NCBI GenBank assembly: GCA_052169645.1
Contig: JBQNCA010000004.1
Location: 25,801-89,800, forward strand
DNA from: Anaerovoracaceae bacterium
GTDB lineage: Bacteria; Bacillota; Clostridia; Peptostreptococcales; Anaerovoracaceae
Direction: 5' to 3'
Length of the DNA stretch: 64,000 nucleotides
Shown piece by piece: positions 47,128 through 58,135 of the stretch. Every line of letters starts with the position of its first letter. Within the stretch, counting starts at the first letter, position 1. Both the position numbers and the translations under genes were made by a program. Under the pieces are notes generated by a model. It was not told the origin of the DNA. It did no database searches and worked only from the letters and a program-made list of their open reading frames with translations.

Positions 47128-50100
47128 TCAGTTAAAGCTGTGCTGTCTGCCTGTGAGAATTCTCAATTCATTGTAAAGAGCATCGCACGGCTTAACACGT
47201 ACATCAGCCTTATAGCGCTTTCCGGTATTTTCCATTTTAATAAATACCTGTCTGTCTCCGGGATACCTGTAAAGGAGTTTTTTTATACGTGTCAGGATTT
47301 CAAGCTCCGGGATATCACATTCCTTAGGTACGGTAATCCGCAAATCCATATTCTCCAACGGCGTTTTATACTCATCTATTCCTTTAATATCCGATGCTAT
47401 AAGCTTAGGCTCATCCTCGGCTCTGAGCTGTATCCTTCCTCTGATAACAACTATATTGTCCTCATCCGGCATGGAATGGATTTTTTCAAAGGTTTTAGGA
47501 AAAATTATAACCTCGGTTACACCGTACAGATCTTCAAGCTCGACAAATGCCATCATTGTATTCTTTTTAGTAATCATGGTGCGTTTTGAAATAATCATTC
47601 CCGCCATTATAACATTCGTACCGTCTGCAAGATTGCCCGAAGCCTCATGATATTCCGACATGTCCGAAATATTATCCTCCGACGTTTTTAAACGAGCGAG
47701 CATTTCGGCTGTGCAGGTGACGATTTCCGATATCTTGTCACGATAATCGTCAAGAGGATGCCCCGATACATATACTCCCAGAACCTCTTTTTCTCCGGAC
47801 AGCAAGTCCGATTTTTCAAAAGGTTTAACCTTAGGCAGCTCTATCCTGACCTGAGCCTCGCCTGCCGCATTGTTGAAGCTGTCGCTGAAATCACTGAACA
47901 GCGACATTTGACCTGCTACATTGCTTCTGTTTCGATTCTGTGCGGATTGCATCATAGGCTCAAATACAGCCATAAGCAATGCACGATTTTCTTCAAGTCT
48001 GTCAAATGCTCCCGACATAATCAAAGCTTCCATCGACTTTTTATTTACTTTTGAAAGATTTAAAATATTTATGAAATCCTCAAAAGCATCGGGAATTCCT
48101 ATATCTTCCCTGACCCTGATAATTTCGTCTATTGCAGCGCTGCCTACGGATTTAATGCCGAGCAGCCCGAATCTGACAGCCCCGTTATGGACGGTAAACT
48201 TCTTGCCGCTCAGATAAATATCCGGCGGGAGCACCTGTATGCCGTGTTCCCTGCAATTGTTTATATATCTGCTCACCTGGCGTGCATCACCCATGACGCT
48301 GGTCATAAGAGCCGCCATAAATTCCGCTCTGTAATGCTTTTTCAACCATGCGGTTTCGTAAGCGAGCACCGCATATGCCGTAGCATGTGATTTATTGAAA
48401 GCATAGGATGCAAATTTAACCATGGTGTGAAAAATTTCTCTTGCCGCCTCTTCGGAAACTCCGTTGTTTATGCAGCCCGGAACCGCTTCGCCTTCATCAT
48501 CCGAAGGTCTTCCGAACACGAAGAATTGCTCTTCCTTCTGCATAGCTTCCGCTTTTTTCTTGCTCATAGCTCTTCTGACAAGGTCGCTCCTGCCGTATGA
48601 ATAACCGGCAAGATCACGGACTATCTGCATTACCTGCTCCTGATATATCAGACAGCCGTAGGTTACGGACAATATATGCTCCAGTCCGGGATCGGCATAT
48701 TTTATTCTGCTTGTATCTTTTTTATTTGCTATATAATCGGGTATGGAATCCATGGGCCCCGGTCTGTACAAGGCTATACCTGCTATGATATCCTCAAACG
48801 TATCGGGAGCAAGATTTTTCATAAACTGCGTCATACCTCCGGATTCAAGCTGAAACACTCCGAGCGTATCTCCGTCGGCTATCATTTTATATACCTCGGA
48901 ATCGTCGAATTCCATATTTGAAAAATCAACTCTTATTCCATGAATTTTTTCTATGGAATCCAGAGTGTCCCTTATGACCGTAAGATTTCTCAAACCGAGG
49001 AAATCCATTTTCAAAAGTCCGAGTCTTTCAACGGTTGTCATATTGAACTGAGCGCTGACACCTTTATCCGTCAGATACAGAGGAACATAATCATCAATGG
49101 GATTCTTTGCAATCACTATACCTGCTGCATGAGTTGATGCATGTCTGGGCATTCCTTCTATAGATTTTGACAAATCGATAAGCTTTCTGATATTTACATT
49201 ATTTTCATATGCAGCTCTCAACTCGGGATTTAAGGACAGAGCTTTATCTATGGTCATATCAAGGCTGAACGGAATCATCTTTGCTATATTGTCCACTTCG
49301 TTGTACCCGAGCTGTAAGACTCTCCCTATATCCCTAATCGCCGCTTTCGCCTTCATGGTTCCGAAAGTTATAATCTGCGAGACCTTATCATTACCGTATT
49401 TTTCAACGACATAATCTATAACTTCCCCACGTCTTTCATAGCAGAAATCTATATCTATATCAGGCATACTTATACGTTCCGGATTAAGGAATCTTTCAAA
49501 GATCAAATTGTACTTTATAGGGTCTACATCTGTTATATGAAGGCAATAAGCCACAACGCTTCCGGCTGCGGAGCCTCTGCCCGGACCTACCGCTATTCCG
49601 TTGGATTTAGCATAATTTATAAAATCCCAAACCACCAGAAAATAGTCTACAAAACCCATCTGCTCTATGGTCGAAAGCTCATATTCAAGCCGTTCTCTCA
49701 GCTCATTGCTGCCTTCACCGTACCTCGCTTTGTAACCGTCGTTACAAAGCTTGCGCAGATAACCTGCCGATTCATAACCTTCGGGGACATCGTATTTCGG
49801 CAAATGTCTGGTTTCAAAATCAAAATCCACCTTGCAGCGCATGGCTATCCTGTCAGTATTTTCTAAAGCCTGCGGTATATCTCTAAACAGGCGTAGCATT
49901 TCCTTTTCCGACTTGAGATAAAACTGGTCGTTAGGAAACCGCATGCGATTCTCATCCGCTACATAAGAGCCGGTCTGCACACACAACAGAGCATCATGAA
50001 ATTCTGCATCCTCCTGATTTATATAATGAACATCATTTGTAGCTACCAATCCTATACCGGTTTCCTCCGACAGCTTTATAAGATCGGCTCTTATTGCATT

Positions 50101-50646
50101 TTCTTCGGGCAAGCCCTGATCCTGAATTTCAAGAAAAAAATTATCCTTACCGAAAATATCCTGATATTCAAGAGCTGTCCTTCTTGCCGCTTCATAGTCA
50201 TTTCTCAAAAGAGCCTGCTGAACTTTGCCGGCGAGGCAGGCGCTTGTAGCTATTATTCCCTTTGAATATTGTCGCAGGAGATCATTGTCAGTCCTCGGCT
50301 TATAGTAAAATCCCTCCGTATAAGCTCGGGAGACAATTTTTACAAGATTTCTGTACCCCTCGTTTGTCTCCGCAAGCAAAATAAGATGTCCGTTATTTCT
50401 GTCCGACTCGGAATCTTTGTCAAACCGTGTGCGAGCCGCAGTATAAACCTCACAGCCTATCACGGGATGTATGCCTTCAGCAAGAGCCGCCTCATAAAAA
50501 TCCACAACCCCGAACATAACTCCATGATCCGTAATGGCAAGGGATTTCATGCCGAGCTCGGCGGCACGCTTTACCAAAGGTTTAATACGTGCCGCTCCGT
50601 CAAGCAGACTGTATTCGGTATGTACATGTAAATGAGTAAAACTCAT
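47128..50646 (-). CDS. dnaE: DNA polymerase III alpha subunit (DnaE type)
   Basis: 1172 aa. PHP start FTHLHVHTEYSLLDGA. GSAAGS and PDIDIDF motifs. C-terminal OB region. Confidence 0.97.
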   Translation of the reverse strand: MSFTHLHVHTEYSLLDGAARIKPLVKRAAELGMKSLAITDHGVMFGVVDFYEAALAEGIHPVIGCEVYTAARTRFDKDSESDRNNGHLILLAETNEGYRNLVKIVSRAYTEGFYYKPRTDNDLLRQYSKGIIATSACLAGKVQQALLRNDYEAARRTALEYQDIFGKDNFFLEIQDQGLPEENAIRADLIKLSEETGIGLVATNDVHYINQEDAEFHDALLCVQTGSYVADENRMRFPNDQFYLKSEKEMLRLFRDIPQALENTDRIAMRCKVDFDFETRHLPKYDVPEGYESAGYLRKLCNDGYKARYGEGSNELRERLEYELSTIEQMGFVDYFLVVWDFINYAKSNGIAVGPGRGSAAGSVVAYCLHITDVDPIKYNLIFERFLNPERISMPDIDIDFCYERRGEVIDYVVEKYGNDKVSQIITFGTMKAKAAIRDIGRVLQLGYNEVDNIAKMIPFSLDMTIDKALSLNPELRAAYENNVNIRKLIDLSKSIEGMPRHASTHAAGIVIAKNPIDDYVPLYLTDKGVSAQFNMTTVERLGLLKMDFLGLRNLTVIRDTLDSIEKIHGIRVDFSNMEFDDSEVYKMIADGDTLGVFQLESGGMTQFMKNLAPDTFEDIIAGIALYRPGPMDSIPDYIANKKDTSRIKYADPGLEHILSVTYGCLIYQEQVMQIVRDLAGYSYGRSDLVRRAMSKKKAEAMQKEEQFFVFGRPSDDEGEAVPGCINNGVSEEAAREIFHTMVKFASYAFNKSHATAYAVLAYETAWLKKHYRAEFMAALMTSVMGDARQVSRYINNCREHGIQVLPPDIYLSGKKFTVHNGAVRFGLLGIKSVGSAAIDEIIRVREDIGIPDAFEDFINILNLSKVNKKSMEALIMSGAFDRLEENRALLMAVFEPMMQSAQNRNRSNVAGQMSLFSDFSDSFNNAAGEAQVRIELPKVKPFEKSDLLSGEKEVLGVYVSGHPLDDYRDKISEIVTCTAEMLARLKTSEDNISDMSEYHEASGNLADGTNVIMAGMIISKRTMITKKNTMMAFVELEDLYGVTEVIIFPKTFEKIHSMPDEDNIVVIRGRIQLRAEDEPKLIASDIKGIDEYKTPLENMDLRITVPKECDIPELEILTRIKKLLYRYPGDRQVFIKMENTGKRYKADVRVKPCDALYNELRILTGRQHSFN

Positions 50647-51338
50647 AGATTTTTCTCCATATCGGTATTTGCTTTAAAAAGTGCCATAGCCTGCTCCTCT
50701 TTGAGCATATAGGCTTCTCTCGGTCCGTCCTCACGATTGGGATCTATCCCGAACGCTTCATCAAATTTTCCCAAGGTTTCATATTCAACCCAGTCTTCGG
50801 GAATCCTCTCATTTTTAAGATAATGATATCTTATATAATGCAACGTCTCCGCTTCATCTTTTTCTGCAAGAAGCGTCAGCAGATATGAAATTTCCCGTCT
50901 GACTCTGCTGTGCATCATAAATTTGCCCATTGCTCTGTAGTAAAATCTTGCGGGGCTTTCCTTGGTGTATTTATCTTTTTGATAAGTTTTACACGCAGCA
51001 ACCCTGTCGCAGAACATCTCTGCGACAAAACGTCTGGGCATGGGCATTCCCTTTACATATCCCGGTCGATTTTCATCATAATCCATCCAATATTCATAAT
51101 GGTGACGATTTCTGCCTTTATGATGCAGCCATGACAGGGAATATCCGTTCACCTCACGCTCATAATTATTCGGGCTTCTGTTTCCCTGATAATATTTTGC
51201 CCCTCTCCAAAACTCCGTAAAAGAATATTTCGACAGGTCATGCGTCAAACCCTGTCGATACAGACCTATCTTAAAACACAGCATCATCACGGTATGCCTG
51301 TGCTTGGTAACGGTCACAAAATGTGCTATCGGATGCAT
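50643..51338 (-). CDS. conserved hypothetical protein (His-rich, possibly DUF5662-like)
   Basis: 231 aa. LTHDLSKYS and WLHHKGRNRHHYEYW motifs. RBS GAGG. The stop overlaps the dnaE ATG (ATGA). The family name is from memory only. Confidence 0.55.
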   Translation of the reverse strand: MHPIAHFVTVTKHRHTVMMLCFKIGLYRQGLTHDLSKYSFTEFWRGAKYYQGNRSPNNYEREVNGYSLSWLHHKGRNRHHYEYWMDYDENRPGYVKGMPMPRRFVAEMFCDRVAACKTYQKDKYTKESPARFYYRAMGKFMMHSRVRREISYLLTLLAEKDEAETLHYIRYHYLKNERIPEDWVEYETLGKFDEAFGIDPNREDGPREAYMLKEEQAMALFKANTDMEKNL

Positions 51339-51450
51339 GGAATTTAACCTCGCAAATCTTTCTTAACGGTAAGCTTATTTTTATGCGCTGCTTTTAATTT
51401 CAACCTCAATTGAATTTATTTCTGATTTCATTATTTAAGTTTTATAATAT

Positions 51451-51481
51451 CACAAAAAAGGCTACATTTTATAGTAGCCTT
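51451..51481 (-). terminator. rho-independent terminator after mfd
   Basis: Minus strand reads AAGGCTAC-TATAAAAT-GTAGCCTT followed by TTTTGTGA. Confidence 0.6.
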
Positions 51482-51575
51482 CATAAATTACAATATTTAT
51501 TTGTAAATCAGTATCATTATCTTTTGCCGATTCATCCCATTCAGCTTTACAAATTACGATAATAATTTGCGAACA

Positions 51576-54500
51576 TCATCCTTTACAAATATCCAGAAAC
51601 TCGATTATTCCGTTCAACAATTCAATTCCCTTTTGAGCCGGAATCTTCATAAACGGTCTGCTGCTCAGGTTTATAAGAATATTCATACCGTACCTGTCCG
51701 ACAATGCAGCCATTATTTCAGGCTTCATAACTTCACCTTCGGGTAAAAATTCAAAAACAACCTTACCGGCATCAAGATAAACACGTCGTATTCCCACTCT
51801 CCTGCAGGCTGACTGAATCAAAGCCACCTTCATAAGAGTCGTTGTTTCCTCGGGAACATCCCCGAATCTATCAAGCAGTTCATCCGTGACGTCCGATATA
51901 TCTTCGGCATTGTCGATTTCGGCTATGCGCTTGTACATATCGAGCTTCATTCCCTCATCACTGATATAATCGGAAGAGATATATGCATCCACCTTCAATT
52001 CGAGCAATACCTCAAGTTCATTATCCTCGACTTTTTCTCCGCCGAGTCTGCGAACCGCATCATCTATCAACTTGCAGTAAAGCTCATAGCCTATCATCAT
52101 CATATGCCCCGACTGAGCTGTACCGAGCAGATTACCCGCTCCTCTGATTTCCAAATCCTTCATGGCAATACGGAAACCCGAGCCGAATTCGGTAAATTCT
52201 CTTATAGCTCGCAGACGCTTTTCAGCCATTTCCGATATAACTTTGTCTTTTTTATACATAAGATATGCATATGCAGCTCTGTTTGAACGCCCCACTCTGC
52301 CTCTGAGCTGATAAAGCTGAGCCAGTCCGTAATTATCCGCATCCAGCACTATAAGAGTATTTGCATTTGGAATATCTATGCCCGATTCTATTATAGTGGT
52401 TGCTACAAGCACATCGTACTCATGCTCCATAAAATCGTTCATTATATCTTCGAGGCGCAGCTCGCTCATCTGTCCGTGCGCCACAGCGATACGGGCTTCG
52501 GGTACAAGCTGTCTCAAACCCTCTGCGATCCGATTTATACCCTTGACCCTGTTAAATATTACAAAAGCCTGTCCGCCTCTGTCCATTTCACGCATCAGCA
52601 TTTCACGCACCAGCATATCATCCTGTTCCATTACATAGGTCTGAACAGGATAACGCTCTTCGGGAGGTTCTTCCAAGGTGCTCATACTGCGAATACCGGA
52701 CAGCGACATATGCAGAGTTCTCGGAATAGGCGTCGCAGTCAAAGTAAGGACATCTACATTTTTCTTAAGAAACTTTATTGCTTCCTTGTGCTGTACACCG
52801 AAACGCTGTTCTTCATCTATTACAAGCAGTCCCAAATCTTTAAACTTCACATCGTCGGATAACAGCCTGTGAGTTCCTATAAGCACGTCCACATTGCCCT
52901 CCGCAAGCTTTTTAACGGTTGATTTCTGTGCCGCATCGCTTCTGAAACGTGAGAGCATATCTATATTACATGGAAAACGTTCAAAGCGTTCCAAAAATGT
53001 ATGGTAATGCTGATTTGCCAAAATAGTTGTAGGCACAAGCACGGCAGCCTGTTTACCGTCCATGATGCATTTAAATATTGCACGAGCCGCCACTTCCGTC
53101 TTTCCGAAGCCTACATCGCCGCAAAGAAGTCTGTCCATAGGCCATGGAGTTTCCATATCTCTCTTTATTTCTTCTATGCATCTGAGCTGATTGTCCGTCT
53201 CCTGATAAGGAAAAAGCTCTTCAAATTCATGCTGCCACACCGTATCCGCTCCGAAACCGTATCCCTTTTCAAGCTTTCTCTCAGCTGTAAGCTTCACAAG
53301 TTCCTCAGCCATTTCTTCTATCGCCGCCTTTGCTCTCGCCTTTGTCTTTCGCCAATCCTCCCCGCTGAGCTTATTTACCTTGGGCGAAGTTCCTCCTGAG
53401 CCTATGTATGACTGTATCAAATCCATCTGCTCTACAGGTACATAAAGCACATCATCTCCGGCATATCGGATTTTCATATAATCTCGGCGTATTCCCTCGA
53501 CAACCAACGGCTCTATTCCTACAAATTTTCCTATTCCATGATTTTCATGAACCACATAATCACCGGTTTTCAGATCCGTAAATGATTTTATCTGCCTTCC
53601 CTTGGAAGATTTTTTGCGGCGTTTTTTCTTGGTTGAACGGAAAATGTCATTATCTGAAATCCATGCGATTTTATCATCGGTAATATACAAACCGGAAGGT
53701 AATATTCCTTCAACATAATCCACATTTCCCGTGATTTCCGTCCTGAATGCGAAATCGCTAAGATTGGAAAGTCTCTCCGATGTGGAGCATGCTACATGAA
53801 CCTCATAGTGCTCTTTCAGGAGACGCTTCAATTCATTTCCGTAATAATCCATCCTGCCGTTGCATACCATAGCATCCATAAAACTGAGTTCTACGATTGC
53901 CTTTTGCGACTCGATAAATTTAAGCTGCTTTTTAAACGGCATGGTTACAACGCTGTTTCTTTTGATTAATGCATTTGCAATGTCTTCCATATTTGCAAAG
54001 CTTTCAACAATCTTTGATACTTCCGATTCCTTTGAGGTTGCCGTCGAACTCCATTCCTTATCCGATAAATTTCGCTGTTCGCAGATTCTGTCCCAATCAT
54101 CGGCAAACACCGTCACATCATCAGAAAAATAATCCCACATATATTCAGCTTCATTCAATTTTTCAGGCGCACGCATCAATGCGGGTGTTACGGTTATTTC
54201 CTGCAGCTGTCGTATAGAACGCTGAGTCATAGGATCAAAGGATTTTAAAGAATCAACCTCAGTATCGAACAAATCTATCCTATACGGATCCTCACTGTCA
54301 GGCGGGTAAACATCTATAATCCCGCCTCTCACGCTGAACTGCCCGTGAAGCTCCGCCATTTCACTGCGCTCATAACCGATATCAACAAGCCTTTTGAGAA
54401 AATATTTTACATCTATATTATCTCCTGTATGAATATAAATTTCTTCTTCATTAAATTCTTTAGAACTGATCATCGCCTTGGCGACAGCCATGACAGGAGC

Positions 54501-54836
54501 AATATATATACCCGGTTCATCGTTAACAATTTTGCTCAATGCTGAAATTCGCCTGAAACTCAACGCTCGACTCCTTGCATCAAAGGAGAACAAGTTCCTC
54601 TCTTCATCGGGAAAAATATTTATATATATTTCACCCGCATAAAAGCTCAAATATTCTTCGAGTCGAACAGCTCGCTCATAAGAAGAAGTTATTATCAACA
54701 TCTGTCCTTTAAACTCGTCTATAAGCTTGGATGCAAGGTAAGCCGATTGACCTCCCGATACTCCCGACGCATATATAACTCCTTTTTCCGGAGCAGCAGC
54801 CTCGGCAAGCACTCGATTTACAGCTGAATCACTCAT
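51576..54836 (-). CDS. mfd: transcription-repair coupling factor
   Basis: About 1086 aa. DRLLCGDVGFGKTEVA (Walker A), VIDEEQRFGV (DEEQ) and QLRGRVGRS motifs. ATG at 54836 lies 7 nt after GGAG (the track ORF opens at an upstream TTG). Confidence 0.95.
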   Translation of the reverse strand: MSDSAVNRVLAEAAAPEKGVIYASGVSGGQSAYLASKLIDEFKGQMLIITSSYERAVRLEEYLSFYAGEIYINIFPDEERNLFSFDARSRALSFRRISALSKIVNDEPGIYIAPVMAVAKAMISSKEFNEEEIYIHTGDNIDVKYFLKRLVDIGYERSEMAELHGQFSVRGGIIDVYPPDSEDPYRIDLFDTEVDSLKSFDPMTQRSIRQLQEITVTPALMRAPEKLNEAEYMWDYFSDDVTVFADDWDRICEQRNLSDKEWSSTATSKESEVSKIVESFANMEDIANALIKRNSVVTMPFKKQLKFIESQKAIVELSFMDAMVCNGRMDYYGNELKRLLKEHYEVHVACSTSERLSNLSDFAFRTEITGNVDYVEGILPSGLYITDDKIAWISDNDIFRSTKKKRRKKSSKGRQIKSFTDLKTGDYVVHENHGIGKFVGIEPLVVEGIRRDYMKIRYAGDDVLYVPVEQMDLIQSYIGSGGTSPKVNKLSGEDWRKTKARAKAAIEEMAEELVKLTAERKLEKGYGFGADTVWQHEFEELFPYQETDNQLRCIEEIKRDMETPWPMDRLLCGDVGFGKTEVAARAIFKCIMDGKQAAVLVPTTILANQHYHTFLERFERFPCNIDMLSRFRSDAAQKSTVKKLAEGNVDVLIGTHRLLSDDVKFKDLGLLVIDEEQRFGVQHKEAIKFLKKNVDVLTLTATPIPRTLHMSLSGIRSMSTLEEPPEERYPVQTYVMEQDDMLVREMLMREMDRGGQAFVIFNRVKGINRIAEGLRQLVPEARIAVAHGQMSELRLEDIMNDFMEHEYDVLVATTIIESGIDIPNANTLIVLDADNYGLAQLYQLRGRVGRSNRAAYAYLMYKKDKVISEMAEKRLRAIREFTEFGSGFRIAMKDLEIRGAGNLLGTAQSGHMMMIGYELYCKLIDDAVRRLGGEKVEDNELEVLLELKVDAYISSDYISDEGMKLDMYKRIAEIDNAEDISDVTDELLDRFGDVPEETTTLMKVALIQSACRRVGIRRVYLDAGKVVFEFLPEGEVMKPEIMAALSDRYGMNILINLSSRPFMKIPAQKGIELLNGIIEFLDICKG

Positions 54837-55467
54837 AGCTTTTCTCCGTATTATTTTCTGCAATTTCAAGCTCTTCAGATTCGGGCTTTTCTTTTTTCTT
54901 TTTTTCCTTCTTTGTGTTAAATTTATTCATAGCGGCATTTATACCCTCATCTATCCAACATTCTACAGCATCCGCAGCCTTTTCCACCGCAGTTTCCACA
55001 GTGTTTATGTCTTCCTTGCGGAAGCCGCTTATTACATAGTTGGCGAGATTGCCTTTGCGCTCTCCTCCTATGCCTACTCTGACCCTCGGGAAACCGTCCT
55101 CCTGAATATCATAAATTATGGATTTCATCCCGTTATGAGTACCTGCACTGCCCTTTGCTCTCAGGCGCAATGTCCCTATGGGAATGTCCAAATCGTCATA
55201 TATCACAATCAGATTTTCCGGTTCCAACTTATAATATTGCATAACTTCCCGCACACACTGACCGCTGAGATTCATATAAGTCTGAGGCTTTACAAGCATG
55301 AGCTTCTGCCCCTTGACGAAGCCTTCTCCTGTCAGAGCCTTGTGCTTAATCTGCTTTATACTGATTCCAAGCCTTTCCGAAAGTCTGTCCAACGTAAGAA
55401 AACCTATATTATGCTTTGTATTTTCATATTCCTTGCCGGGATTTCCCAGTCCTACTATTACCTTCAT
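54829..55467 (-). CDS. pth: peptidyl-tRNA hydrolase with Lys/Glu-rich C-terminal tail
   Basis: MKVIVGLGNPGKEYENTKHNIGF...GTHNGMKS motifs. ATG at 55467 lies 6 nt after GGAG. The tail reads KKEKKKKEKPESEELE. Confidence 0.95.
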   Translation of the reverse strand: MKVIVGLGNPGKEYENTKHNIGFLTLDRLSERLGISIKQIKHKALTGEGFVKGQKLMLVKPQTYMNLSGQCVREVMQYYKLEPENLIVIYDDLDIPIGTLRLRAKGSAGTHNGMKSIIYDIQEDGFPRVRVGIGGERKGNLANYVISGFRKEDINTVETAVEKAADAVECWIDEGINAAMNKFNTKKEKKKKEKPESEELEIAENNTEKSYE

Positions 55468-55587
55468 ATTTTGCTCCGTTTTAAAAATCCTGCGACAAAA
55501 GACCGCCTCAAGCATATGCTTCATCAGGCGGTCTCAGTGATTGCACATATTTATATTTTCTATGAAACAGAGTATCTTGACAGCCGA

Positions 55588-56553
55588 TTACTCAAATATG
55601 CTGCTTATAGATTCATTCATAAATACTCTATGCATAGCCTCCGCAAACAAAGGTGCAACAGAAATCGTTTTTATCTTATCAAGATGCTTCTCAGGTCCGA
55701 GCGGAATAGTGTTCAGCAGAACCATTTTTTTAATTTCGGATTCCTTTATACGTTCTATAGCTTTTCCTGATAAAACAGCATGTGTAGCACAGGCGTACAC
55801 ATCAACGGCACCGAGATTTTTCAAAGCCTTGGCTGCATTTGTAATAGTCCCGGCAGTATCTATCATATCATCTATCAATATACAGGTCTTACCTTTTATA
55901 TCACCTATTATATTCATAATTTCAGAAACGTTGGGTTTAGGTCTGCGCTTGTCAACTATTGCAATCGGACATTCAAGCAGATTTGAAAAGGATCTGGCTC
56001 TTGTTACACTTCCGAGATCCGGCGATACAACAACCAAATTCTTATCGATTATGCCTTCCTTTATCTTTTCCTTGAAATGTCTTGCGAGAAGAGGCATTCC
56101 CACGAGATGATCAACCGGAAGATCAAAATATCCTTGAATCTGAGAAGCGTGAAGATCCATGGTAATAACTCTGTCTACGCCCGCTACACTGAGTAAATCC
56201 GCAGTCAGCTTGGAAGTAATAGGGTCTCTCGCCTTTGCCTTTCTGTCCTGACGTGCATAGCCGTAATAAGGTATAACAGCATTGATTCTCGATGCCGATG
56301 CTCTCTTTACGGCGTCTATCATGATTAGAAGCTCCATGAGATTGTCATTTGTAGGATTGCAGGTCGACTGGATGATATATACATCCGTTCCCCTTACACT
56401 CTCCCATAGGCTGACAGATATTTCACCATCGCTGAACTTGCTTACTGTTGACTTCCCGAGCGGTTTTCCCATAATCTCGGCAATTTCCTTCGCAAGCTCA
56501 AGATTTGAATTGCCTGCAAAAATTTTAAACTCGCTGAATAATCCGTTTTTCAT
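55588..56553 (-). CDS. prs: ribose-phosphate pyrophosphokinase
   Basis: [10 protein letters not shown] and [16 protein letters not shown]-binding motifs. Confidence 0.95.
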   Translation of the reverse strand: MKNGLFSEFKIFAGNSNLELAKEIAEIMGKPLGKSTVSKFSDGEISVSLWESVRGTDVYIIQSTCNPTNDNLMELLIMIDAVKRASASRINAVIPYYGYARQDRKAKARDPITSKLTADLLSVAGVDRVITMDLHASQIQGYFDLPVDHLVGMPLLARHFKEKIKEGIIDKNLVVVSPDLGSVTRARSFSNLLECPIAIVDKRRPKPNVSEIMNIIGDIKGKTCILIDDMIDTAGTITNAAKALKNLGAVDVYACATHAVLSGKAIERIKESEIKKMVLLNTIPLGPEKHLDKIKTISVAPLFAEAMHRVFMNESISSIFE

Positions 56554-56622
56554 TTTTCCCTCCTATGGATAATGAATATTGATTTCAGTTTTGCTGCTTA
56601 TATAACATGTATCTTATAGCTT

Positions 56623-58005
56623 TTATTTTTCTTTTCTGCTCAAACCCTTGCGTTTTACCCAACCCTGAATCTGAGACTCCTTTGCTCTGCCTACGCACAA
56701 TGCTCCCGCTTCGACATCAACGGTAACTGTAGTTCCCGCCGCTATATAAGCGTCCTCCGCTACATGAACCGGTGCCACGAGATTTGAATTGCTTCCTATA
56801 AAAACATTATCTTCAACCTCAGTTCTGTGCTTATTCTTCCCGTCATAATTTGCAAATATAACGCCGCAGCCTATATTTACATTTCTGCCGATATCGGCAT
56901 CGCCTACATATGCAAGATGAGCTGCCTTTGAGCCGTCACCGAGAACTGAGTTCTTAAGTTCGACAAAATCGCCGACTTTACAACCGTCACCAACACTGCT
57001 GCCCGGTCTCAGATATGAAAAAGGTCCTATGTGAGTGTCATTTCCTATACTGCTGTCTAAAATCACAGACTTTAATATTTCCGTGCCGTCACCTACAATG
57101 CTGTTTTCAATCACGGTATCTCCGCCTATGATGCAATTGCTGCCTATAACGGTGTTTCCTCTAAGCTCCACTCCGGGTCTCAATTCCGTATCATTAGAAA
57201 TCTTAACATTTTCTTCTATATACACCGAATCCGGATCTGTTACAGTTACCCCTTCGAGCATATGCTTATCTACAATACGCCTGCGCATTACAGCCGTTGC
57301 TCGGGACAGCTGAAGTCTGTCGTTTACACCGGTTATCTCATCCCTATCCGATGTAATAAATGCTCCTGCCCCTCTGCCTTCATTAACCGCAATCGCCGTT
57401 AAATCTGTAATGTAGTATTCCTTTTGGGCATTGTCACAACTCAGCTTTGTAATATTTTTTCTGAGAAAATCCGCATCAAATATATACATGCCCGAATTTA
57501 TTTCACAAATCGCACGTTCAATCTCATTTGCATCTTTTTGTTCAACTATACGCTCAAGATTACCGTTTTCACTTCGCACTATCCTGCCGTATCCGAAAGG
57601 TTCGGAAACCATAGCTGTCAAAACAGTCATATCATTGCCGGCCTCGGAATGAGCCTTTGAAAATCTGTCTATCGTAGCTGCGGTTATGAGGGGTGTATCT
57701 CCACAAAGCACAAAAACATCACCGTTTTGGGGCAGACAATCTATAGACTGCATAACTGCATGTCCCGTGCCGAGCTGCTCCGCCTGAACGGCGTATTTTA
57801 CATCTGTGTCATTAATTCCGTCCATAACCCGCTTAGCTTCGTGTCCGACGACGATGACAATATCATCAATACCTGCAAGTCTTACCTGATTGACAACATG
57901 CTTTACCATCGGCACTCCGCAAACTTCATGCAACACCTTCGGTTTGGATGATTTCATCCGTGTACCGGCTCCTGCGGCAAGTATGACGGCTGTTTTATGA
58001 TTCAT
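56623..58005 (-). CDS. glmU: bifunctional UDP-GlcNAc pyrophosphorylase / GlcN-1-P N-acetyltransferase
   Basis: AVILAAGAGTRMKS N-terminus. C-terminal left-handed beta-helix hexapeptide repeats. Start chosen as MNHKTAV (58005). Confidence 0.95.
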   Translation of the reverse strand: MNHKTAVILAAGAGTRMKSSKPKVLHEVCGVPMVKHVVNQVRLAGIDDIVIVVGHEAKRVMDGINDTDVKYAVQAEQLGTGHAVMQSIDCLPQNGDVFVLCGDTPLITAATIDRFSKAHSEAGNDMTVLTAMVSEPFGYGRIVRSENGNLERIVEQKDANEIERAICEINSGMYIFDADFLRKNITKLSCDNAQKEYYITDLTAIAVNEGRGAGAFITSDRDEITGVNDRLQLSRATAVMRRRIVDKHMLEGVTVTDPDSVYIEENVKISNDTELRPGVELRGNTVIGSNCIIGGDTVIENSIVGDGTEILKSVILDSSIGNDTHIGPFSYLRPGSSVGDGCKVGDFVELKNSVLGDGSKAAHLAYVGDADIGRNVNIGCGVIFANYDGKNKHRTEVEDNVFIGSNSNLVAPVHVAEDAYIAAGTTVTVDVEAGALCVGRAKESQIQGWVKRKGLSRKEK

Positions 58006-58135
58006 AATATTCACTTTTCTCCTTATACATCGCTGTATCAAAGAAACATTCACGTTAATTTCAAAGGTGGAATGTTACAGTTAATTATAAAGCATGAACT
58101 GTAATATCTCAAGCCGTTAAAGGCAATCTCGTGAA

